Positions 16,320 to 23,486 of a DNA stretch of 64,000 nt are shown in pieces. Source of the stretch: Candidatus Saccharimonadota bacterium (lineage in GTDB: Bacteria > Patescibacteriota > Saccharimonadia > Saccharimonadales > Saccharimonadaceae); assembly GCA_027492735.1 (NCBI GenBank), contig JAPUEE010000005.1, positions 65,719 to 129,718 on the forward strand, in the 5' to 3' direction. Position 1 is the stretch's first letter; each line of letters opens with the position of its first letter. A program made the translations under genes and the position numbers. The notes under the pieces are model-generated. The model was not told the origin of the DNA and did not search any database. It worked only from the letters and a program-made list of their open reading frames with translations.

Positions 16320-18158
16320 ATGAATTATTATGCTGATATAGTGGCTCGTACCGTCAAAGCCCTTTTTGATGTTGACATAACTATCAAGCTATCTCAACCG
16401 GACCCCAAGTTTGGTGATGTTGCAACAAATATAGCATTACAGCTCGCTGGACGTCTCGGTGAGAGTCCGCGGGAGATTGCTGAGACTATTGCAAAGGAGT
16501 TACATAGCAGCGGTGAGTTTCTGGATGTTACTATCGCGGGTCCGGGCTTTATTAATATGCGAATAGCGGCGAAACGGCTCAACAATACACTCGAGCAGGC
16601 TTTTGCTAGCGAAACGCCGTTTGGTAACAATAACGATGGCGTAAACAGAGTTGCTGTTGTTGAATATCCAAGTCCTAATATGGCGAAACCGTATAGCGTC
16701 GGACATTTGCGCAGTGGCAACCAAGGCTGGGCAGCCCGCAATTTATTGATGGCAACGGGATGGCAGGTGATAACTGACGATCATTTAGGTGATTATGGTG
16801 CGCCGTTCGGTATCTGGGTGGTTGGTTTCAAGGAGTTTTCATCCGAGGAGCAGTTGGCTGAGGGTGGGGTATATGAACTTGGTCGAGTCTATATTGAGAC
16901 CCGTCAGGCTATGAAAGACGAAGCTGAACGCGGTGAACAGCAACTAGCGGACCGGGCACAAGATTGGCTATTAAAATTAGAAAACGGCGATCCCGAGGCG
17001 GTCGAACTATCGGAAAAATTCAATGCTATTTCGCTCGAACACATCCATACTGTTATGCAGCGTCTAGGCATATCGACAGATTATGAATATGGTGAAAAGT
17101 TTTTTGCGCCCTATGGTAAAAAATGTGTACAGGACCTACTAGCGCAGGGCATTGCAACGCAAAATGACGATGGCTCGGTGATTGTTGATCTGTCAGATCA
17201 GGGAATCGATACGCCTCTTCTCATCCAAAAGAGCAATGGTGCCGCCCTCTATGCGACGACGGATCTCGCAACCATTTTGTGGCGCGAGGAGCATTGGCGA
17301 CCGAGCAAAGTTGTCTATTCGGTTGGTGCTGAACAAAAATTTTATTTTGAACAGCTAGCAGCCCTCGCGAAAAAACTCGGTATTGAAACGGAGCTGTATC
17401 ATCTGTGGTTCGGTACTATCGATCAGATAACCGAAGACGGTAAACGCGAAAAGATGTCGAGCCGCAAAGGTGTCGTGCTGATGGAGGAATTACTCGACGA
17501 AGCCGAGAGAAAGGCACGAGCCAATACGAAGTCAGAGGATATGACCGACCAGGACATTCGAAAGATTGCTGTTGGTGCGATCAAGTTCAGTGATTTCGCT
17601 GCTGATCGACGAACCGGTATGTTGTTTAACTGGGATACAATGTTTAGCCTGACAGGATTCTCCGGCCCCTATATTCAGTATGCTGCCGTCCGTATCAACA
17701 AGATTTTGCGGGATAATGGGATAGAATTGGCGACATCGTCAAATTCGTTATTCTGGGAGGCTCGCGAGGACGGCGAGCGCGTCAGCGACGAGCCCTGTGA
17801 CGACTACTCGCGCGCTGATCGGAAAGATCAGCCTTCGTCGGAAAAGTCTGCTCCGTCTATTGAATCACTGCAGAACAACGACTATGATTTCGAATCTGAA
17901 AAATCTTTACTATTGAAACTCATGGAATATCCAGAAACAATTTCTGTAGCCGCTCGCGAGCTCGAGCCGCACCGCGTAGCGAACTATGTGTATGAGTTAG
18001 CGCGCGAGCTCAATCGTTATTATGAGCAGACTCCGGTAGCAACAAAAGAAGTGCCGGATGATATTAAACAGGCTCGCCTAGGCTTACTCGTGAAAGTGTC
18101 GACAGTATTCGAGCACGCGCTCGGCATCTTGGGCATTGAAATTCCGAGTCGTATGTAA
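16320..18158 (+). CDS. argS: Arginine--tRNA ligase
   Basis: 612 aa. Class I HIGH-type motif (PNMAKPYSVGHLRS), MSSRKG (KMSKS-like) and a C-terminal DALR-type anticodon-binding segment (EPHRVANYVYELARELNRYYE). Confidence 0.95.
   Translation: MNYYADIVARTVKALFDVDITIKLSQPDPKFGDVATNIALQLAGRLGESPREIAETIAKELHSSGEFLDVTIAGPGFINMRIAAKRLNNTLEQAFASETPFGNNNDGVNRVAVVEYPSPNMAKPYSVGHLRSGNQGWAARNLLMATGWQVITDDHLGDYGAPFGIWVVGFKEFSSEEQLAEGGVYELGRVYIETRQAMKDEAERGEQQLADRAQDWLLKLENGDPEAVELSEKFNAISLEHIHTVMQRLGISTDYEYGEKFFAPYGKKCVQDLLAQGIATQNDDGSVIVDLSDQGIDTPLLIQKSNGAALYATTDLATILWREEHWRPSKVVYSVGAEQKFYFEQLAALAKKLGIETELYHLWFGTIDQITEDGKREKMSSRKGVVLMEELLDEAERKARANTKSEDMTDQDIRKIAVGAIKFSDFAADRRTGMLFNWDTMFSLTGFSGPYIQYAAVRINKILRDNGIELATSSNSLFWEAREDGERVSDEPCDDYSRADRKDQPSSEKSAPSIESLQNNDYDFESEKSLLLKLMEYPETISVAARELEPHRVANYVYELARELNRYYEQTPVATKEVPDDIKQARLGLLVKVSTVFEHALGILGIEIPSRM
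17759..17816 (+). repeat. GC-rich in-frame mini-insertion, copy 1 (in argS)
   Basis: CTCGCGAG ... CTCGCGCG bounded patch encoding AREDGERVSDEPCDDYSRA. It matches the ychF patch at 39/51 nt by hand alignment. Confidence 0.6.
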
Positions 18159-18176
18159 CCGTAGTTATTCGCGATA

Positions 18177-18185
18177 TGCTATAAT
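18177..18185 (+). promoter_or_regulatory. Extended -10 (TGcTATAAT) 7 nt upstream of the ATG at 18193
   Basis: Exact TGnTATAAT. Leaderless spacing. Confidence 0.55.
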
Positions 18186-18192
18186 AACTCTC

Positions 18193-18657
18193 ATGAAGCA
18201 TAACCAAAAACATGCATCGATCAGTATCCTAAAAAACAGTCTCATGACAGTGTTCGTGATGCTATCAGCGGTGGTAGGGGCTAATGCTATGATGCCGACA
18301 AATGCGTCAGCGGCGGCATGCAAAACTGATACCGACAGCAACCTCTTCTCGTTCCCAACCTGGTATCGTGGGCTATGTGAGGACTCTAACGCTGACAAAG
18401 TCAAGATTGACGGAGGCTCTCCGGCTGACATTGTATTTGTTATCGCATTGAATCTCATCGATATCGCTCTTCGTATCGTAGGAATAATAGCAGTTGGCTA
18501 TCTGATTTACGGTGGTTTCCGTTTCGTAACTTCTCGTGGTTCGCCCGATGAAACAAAGAAAGCGCAAGATATTATCCTAAAGGCTGTTGTTGGTCTCGTT
18601 ATCGCTATTCTCTCGGCTGTGATTGTCAGCTTTGCTGTATCTCGACTGAACCCATAG
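18193..18657 (+). CDS. Small secreted 2-TM protein, candidate T4SS pilin (TrbC/VirB2-like)
   Basis: 154 aa. Signal peptide ending ANAMMPTNASAAA, then Cys-containing FPTWYRGLC. Two hydrophobic helices flank GGFRFVTSRGSPDETKKAQD. Topology matches VirB2-type pilins. Family call is tentative. Confidence 0.5.
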   Translation: MKHNQKHASISILKNSLMTVFVMLSAVVGANAMMPTNASAAACKTDTDSNLFSFPTWYRGLCEDSNADKVKIDGGSPADIVFVIALNLIDIALRIVGIIAVGYLIYGGFRFVTSRGSPDETKKAQDIILKAVVGLVIAILSAVIVSFAVSRLNP

Positions 18658-18706
18658 TGTAAAGTGGTGTGTTGTAAAAACTACATATAGCGTTATTTTG
18701 CTCTGG

Positions 18707-18715
18707 TGCTACAAT
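18707..18715 (+). promoter_or_regulatory. Extended -10 (TGcTACAAT) upstream of nrdJ
   Basis: 54 nt before the ATG. A GAGGGGG Shine-Dalgarno follows. Overlapped by an AT-rich palindrome-like box (see finding). Confidence 0.5.
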
Positions 18716-18768
18716 AGATATAGTGTTAGGGCGACACTTAAATAAATAATGTAATGTGAGGGGGTATC

Positions 18769-21708
18769 ATGGCTCGAGAGGGAAGAATTTTTGGTGCACG
18801 GAACACAAAATCCGATGCGGGGAATGGTGTCATAGATAATGAAAAGACGACGAAAAATGTGCGGACAAATGATGCAAAGAAATTAACGTTTGATTATGTC
18901 TTTTCAACACCAAATGTTCACCCTTATGATGAAGTGACCTGGGAAAAACGCGATGTGGTGATGACTAACTGGCGAGATGGTTCAGTCTCATTTGAACAGC
19001 GTGGCGTAGAGTTCCCTGATTTCTGGAGTCTCAATGCGAGCCAGATCGTAACGAGTAAATATTTCCGTGGTGTCTTGGGATCTGATGATCGTGAGAACTC
19101 TCTCAAACAGCTCATTGACCGTGTTGCTAACAAATATGTTGAGCAAGGTAAAAAAGATGATTATTTTGCTACTCCACGTGATGCTAAAGTGTTCGAAAAT
19201 GAATTGAAGTGGATGTTGCTCCATCAAGTGTTTAGCTTTAACTCACCAGTTTGGTTTAACGTTGGTACCGATGCTCCGCAGCAGGTGAGCGCCTGTTTTA
19301 TCCTGGGCGTTGAGGACAGTATGGAGTCGATTTTGAATTGGTATGTCGAGGAAGGTCGAATTTTCAAGCGTGGTTCTGGTGCGGGTGTTAACCTATCCCG
19401 TTTACGTGGTAGCAAGGAAGGCCTGGGCTCGGGCGGCAAGGCGAGCGGACCAGTATCATTTATGCGTGGTGCGGATGCTTCGGCTGGTACCATTGCGAGT
19501 GGTGGTGCAACGCGTCGAGCTGCCAAAATGGTGGTGCTCGATGTTGACCACCCAGACATCGAAGCTTTTATTGAAACCAAAGAGCGCGAAGAGGAAAAAA
19601 TTAGAGCCTTGCGCGATGCAGGATTCGACATGGATCTCGATGGCAAAGATAGCTACTCGGTCCAGTACCAGAATGCTAACAACAGTGTCCGTGTCAGTGA
19701 TGAATTTATGCGAGCTGTCGAGGCTGGGGCGCCGTTTGGCCTGCGTGCTCGTCGAACTGGAGATATTATCGAAACAGTTGATGCTCGCGAGCTGTTCCAC
19801 AAAATGAGCAAAGCTGCTTGGGCTTGCGCTGATCCCGGTATTCAATACGATGACACTATTAATGCGTGGCACACACTGCCAAACGACGGCAAGATCACGG
19901 CATCTAATCCATGTTCAGAATATATGTCAATTGATGATTCATCATGTAACCTAGCCAGCATTAACCTGCTGAAATTCCTTGATGAAGACGGTAAATTTGA
20001 TGTCGATAAGTTTATCCATACTGTCGAAGTTATCATCACGGCGATGGATCTATCGGTGAGTTTTGGCGATTTCCCAACGGAAAAAATTACCGAAAATACA
20101 AAGAAATTCCGTCAATTAGGTATTGGCTACGCTAACCTTGGCGCCTTGCTCATGGCGATTGGTTTGCCATACGATAGTTCAGAAGGACAGAGCGTGGCCG
20201 CCGCCATTACCAGTTTGATGACTGGTACAGCCTATCGTCGTTCAGCCGAAGTAGCAGCTGCAGTTGGTCCGTATGAAGGCTATGCTAATAACGTCGAACC
20301 TCACAAAGCTGTCATGCGCAAGCACGCAGCAGCGAGCTTGGAGGCTACTGATAAAATTGTCGATCGTGATCTCCATATCAATGCCGAAGATATCGTTTTT
20401 GCTGCTAATCGTGAATGGGAAGATGGTATTAAACTCGGTGCTGAATCTGGCTGGCGCAACAGCCAGGCAAGTGTACTCGCACCAACTGGTACTATTGGCT
20501 TCATGATGGACTGCGATACGACTGGTATTGAACCGGACTTTTCACTCGTCAAATTCAAAAAACTCGTCGGTGGCGGTTCTATGCAGATTGTTAACCAGAC
20601 GATTCCACGAGCCCTCGAAACACTCGGGTATGATGAGGAACAGGTTGAGAAAATTGTTGATCATATCTCGAAAAACGGTAATGTTGTTAGTGCACCTGAC
20701 CTAAAACTAGAACACTACAGCATCTTTGATTGTGCGGTTGGTGAGCGTGCGATTGAGCCGATGGGGCATATTCGTATGATGGCGGCAGTGCAGCCATTCC
20801 TATCGGGGGCAATCAGTAAAACGGTTAACATGCCAGAATCAGCTACTATCGAAGATATCGAGGAAGTCTACATGGAGGGGTGGAAGATGGGCCTCAAAGC
20901 TATCGCTATTTATCGCGATAACTGTAAAGTTGGCCAGCCACTATCTGATGGCAAGAAAAAAGAGACAAAAGTCGAGACTTCGACGAGTGCGGCTGACATT
21001 CCGCTCGAAGAGCGTCGTGCGGTTCGCCGTAAACTACCGAGCACCAGACCTGCTCGTACCTATTCGTACTCAGTTGGCGGAGCCGATGGATACATTACTG
21101 CTGGTTCCTATCCGGATGATGGGCTAGGCGAGGTATTCCTAAAAGTCGCCAAACAGGGTTCAACTCTGGCTGGATTGATGGATGCATTCTCAATCGCAAT
21201 TTCTGTGGCGCTACAGTACGGAGTACCACTCGAGAAATTCGTTGAAAAGTTCATCAATATGCGCTTTGAGCCAGCTGGTATGACCAATGATCCAGATATT
21301 CGCTTTGCGCAGAGCCCGATTGATTATATCTTCCGTCGTCTAGCACTCGATTACTTGCCATTTGAAACTCGTGCCAGTTACGGTGTGTATACTACCGAAG
21401 AACGTGCCCAGGCAATCGAGACGGGTGAGTATCAACCGGTGAATATTGAATCGGATAAAGATTTTAGTGATGAGGCACCCGAAGAAGCCGAAGAAGCGGT
21501 CGCTGAAATGGAAAAAGAGCTGGAAAAGCTTGCCAAGGTTGACCAGCCTGCAGTCGCAGCTGCGGTGCCGCATTCGACTGCTGAGCTGATGGAGAGTAAA
21601 GGTGTCAGCGAAGATGCACCGATCTGCATGAACTGTGGCGTTAAAATGCGTCCAGCTGGATCATGTCACATTTGTGAGTTGTGCGGTTCAACCTCGGGTT
21701 GTTCGTAG
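18769..21708 (+). CDS. nrdJ: Adenosylcobalamin-dependent (class II) ribonucleotide reductase
   Basis: 979 aa. Active-site region NPCSEY. Cys-rich C-terminal tail CMNCGVKMRPAGSCHICELCGSTSGCS, typical of NrdJ. Confidence 0.85.
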   Translation: MAREGRIFGARNTKSDAGNGVIDNEKTTKNVRTNDAKKLTFDYVFSTPNVHPYDEVTWEKRDVVMTNWRDGSVSFEQRGVEFPDFWSLNASQIVTSKYFRGVLGSDDRENSLKQLIDRVANKYVEQGKKDDYFATPRDAKVFENELKWMLLHQVFSFNSPVWFNVGTDAPQQVSACFILGVEDSMESILNWYVEEGRIFKRGSGAGVNLSRLRGSKEGLGSGGKASGPVSFMRGADASAGTIASGGATRRAAKMVVLDVDHPDIEAFIETKEREEEKIRALRDAGFDMDLDGKDSYSVQYQNANNSVRVSDEFMRAVEAGAPFGLRARRTGDIIETVDARELFHKMSKAAWACADPGIQYDDTINAWHTLPNDGKITASNPCSEYMSIDDSSCNLASINLLKFLDEDGKFDVDKFIHTVEVIITAMDLSVSFGDFPTEKITENTKKFRQLGIGYANLGALLMAIGLPYDSSEGQSVAAAITSLMTGTAYRRSAEVAAAVGPYEGYANNVEPHKAVMRKHAAASLEATDKIVDRDLHINAEDIVFAANREWEDGIKLGAESGWRNSQASVLAPTGTIGFMMDCDTTGIEPDFSLVKFKKLVGGGSMQIVNQTIPRALETLGYDEEQVEKIVDHISKNGNVVSAPDLKLEHYSIFDCAVGERAIEPMGHIRMMAAVQPFLSGAISKTVNMPESATIEDIEEVYMEGWKMGLKAIAIYRDNCKVGQPLSDGKKKETKVETSTSAADIPLEERRAVRRKLPSTRPARTYSYSVGGADGYITAGSYPDDGLGEVFLKVAKQGSTLAGLMDAFSIAISVALQYGVPLEKFVEKFINMRFEPAGMTNDPDIRFAQSPIDYIFRRLALDYLPFETRASYGVYTTEERAQAIETGEYQPVNIESDKDFSDEAPEEAEEAVAEMEKELEKLAKVDQPAVAAAVPHSTAELMESKGVSEDAPICMNCGVKMRPAGSCHICELCGSTSGCS

Positions 21709-21730
21709 TAGCCCCTTGAAGCCCACTAGA

Positions 21731-21760
21731 AAATACCCGCCACTAGAGGCGGGTATTTTT
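21731..21760 (+). terminator. Rho-independent terminator after nrdJ
   Basis: AAATACCCGCC-actaga-GGCGGGTATTT followed by TT. Confidence 0.8.
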
Positions 21761-21768
21761 ATGGCCTG

Positions 21769-21777
21769 TGATACAAT
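21769..21777 (+). promoter_or_regulatory. Extended -10 (TGaTACAAT) 6 nt upstream of the orn ATG
   Basis: The -10 element ends at 21777 and the ATG is at 21784. Confidence 0.55.
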
Positions 21778-21783
21778 GAAAGT

Positions 21784-22317
21784 ATGAAAAAAGCTAGTTT
21801 ACTATGGGTCGATCTAGAAATGACCGGCCTTGACCCCGTGGAGGATCGAATACTAGAAGTAGCAGCGATCGCCACGGACTGGGATTTTAACGAAATTGCC
21901 ACTTACCAAGCAGTCAAAAAAGTTGGCCCAGGACTGATGAAACGGCGCATGGTGGGTGAGTTTTGGGAGAAGTATGCCGAGGTGCGTAATGCTTTGCAGG
22001 CGCAGAATCTTGACGGAAAAAACGGACGGACGGTAGAAAACGAGCTGATTGACTTTATTGACGAGCATTTCGAGCCAGATACCAAGGTACTGTTGGCCGG
22101 TAATTCAATCCACCAAGATCGCAAGTTTATTGACAATGAATGGCCACGATTGAGCGCACGACTGCATTACCGGATGCTCGATGTCAGTGCTTGGAAATTG
22201 GTATTTGAACACAAACTGAACAAGAAGTTTACGAAACCCGAAACTCACCGAGCGATCAGTGATATCGAAGGCTCTATTGCTGAACTAAAATATTATCTAA
22301 AACGAGTGAAATCATGA
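21784..22317 (+). CDS. orn: Oligoribonuclease
   Basis: 177 aa. LLWVDLEMTGLDPVEDRILEVAAI (DEDD exonuclease motif I), NSIHQDRKF and HRAISDI (motif III). Confidence 0.85.
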   Translation: MKKASLLWVDLEMTGLDPVEDRILEVAAIATDWDFNEIATYQAVKKVGPGLMKRRMVGEFWEKYAEVRNALQAQNLDGKNGRTVENELIDFIDEHFEPDTKVLLAGNSIHQDRKFIDNEWPRLSARLHYRMLDVSAWKLVFEHKLNKKFTKPETHRAISDIEGSIAELKYYLKRVKS

Positions 22318-22634
22318 ACGAAACAGAGGCAAAAGAATACTTGGCATCGATGCCGGGTGCTCGACTCGATTATCCATTTGGACCCGATACGGCAGTCTAT
22401 CGAGCAGCTAATGATAAATTGTTTGCACTGATTGCGGAAGGTAGCCAGCCACTCCGAATTAGTCTCAAGTGCGACCCGAATCTAGCAGAACTATTGCGCG
22501 ACAAATACGAGAGTGTGTTGCCGGGCTATCATTTGAATAAACGTCACTGGATAACGGTACTAGTAACAGGCCAATTAACCGATGATGATATCCGCGATCT
22601 GGCTCGACATAGTTTCGAGCTCGTGAACGCGTAG
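22314..22634 (+). CDS. MmcQ/YjbR-family protein
   Basis: 106 aa. YPFGPDTAVY ... LKCDP ... PGYHLNKRHWITV pattern of the YjbR family. ATGA overlap with orn. Confidence 0.7.
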   Translation: MNETEAKEYLASMPGARLDYPFGPDTAVYRAANDKLFALIAEGSQPLRISLKCDPNLAELLRDKYESVLPGYHLNKRHWITVLVTGQLTDDDIRDLARHSFELVNA

Positions 22635-22637
22635 GAG

Positions 22638-23402
22638 CTATTGGCTAGTACTACTAGAAGGCAATCGATTACTCAACGAGACGAGATCGATATAGGTTTG
22701 CTCTAGGGCGCTTTTTAGGTCAGGACTCTGGCTGCCGTCATACAGTTTCTTTATCAGATCCTCTGTTTCCAGCAACGCCTCTCGCATAGCTTCGGTATAG
22801 GTGCTGTTTAGATTGGAATTAGCCTTGGCTTTATCCAGGTCGGCTGTGACAGTAGTGAGTGAATAGGCAGCTGCAACCTCTGGAGTCGGTGTCACAAAAG
22901 TGTTTGTTTTACCATCGCTACTGGCATACAGTGGGCTCAGCTCGCTACTGCGAGATAGCAAAATCAAATCTAGTTCATTCATAACTCGAGTGACTTCTGA
23001 TCCGCTCACGCCATTTTTTTCACCGTAGGCTATGAGTTCTCGCAAATTGATCATGCGCTGGCCGAGAACTTCGCCACTGGCATTTTTGACTTTGTTGCCA
23101 CCTGATGCAATAGCAGCAATGGCAACGCCCACGAACATGACCACAACAGCAGCGATCAGGATGAGAAACTTTCCAGAAAATAGCGCAGGTTTCGTAGGTT
23201 TTGCAGAAATTTTATTCAGGTAGTCTTCTTTGATGGGGGCAGGGGCTTCAGCAACAGGAGCATACATCTCAATTCTAGAGTTATCGACAGTAGGTTTGAT
23301 AGCTTCGGCCTCAAATTTGCGCCGCAAAGCCATCGGTGTCTTTGGCGTTTCCGGATGTGCTGGATTTGGATTTGGTTGCGGAAAAAGATTGTGCGGTTCC
23401 AT
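22638..23402 (-). CDS. Hypothetical single-pass membrane protein
   Basis: 254 aa with a central TM helix (FLILIAAVVVMFVGVAIAAIA). No motif recognised. Confidence 0.6.
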   Translation of the reverse strand: MEPHNLFPQPNPNPAHPETPKTPMALRRKFEAEAIKPTVDNSRIEMYAPVAEAPAPIKEDYLNKISAKPTKPALFSGKFLILIAAVVVMFVGVAIAAIASGGNKVKNASGEVLGQRMINLRELIAYGEKNGVSGSEVTRVMNELDLILLSRSSELSPLYASSDGKTNTFVTPTPEVAAAYSLTTVTADLDKAKANSNLNSTYTEAMREALLETEDLIKKLYDGSQSPDLKSALEQTYIDLVSLSNRLPSSSTSQ

Positions 23403-23486
23403 AGCGTAATTTTACCACAAGCGGCATGGTTTCAGCAAAAAGCACTTGCATTTTCTGCGATTTTGTGCTACTATTTATGATAAATT

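Noticed and set aside
18769-21708. Possible intein or homing endonuclease in the long nrdJ gene (also checked in polA and dnaG).
   Set aside because: I saw no Cys/Ser-initiated insert ending in His-Asn before Cys/Ser/Thr, no LAGLIDADG or HNH block, and no compositional break. The length is compatible with monomeric class II RNRs that have a C-terminal Cys-rich tail.
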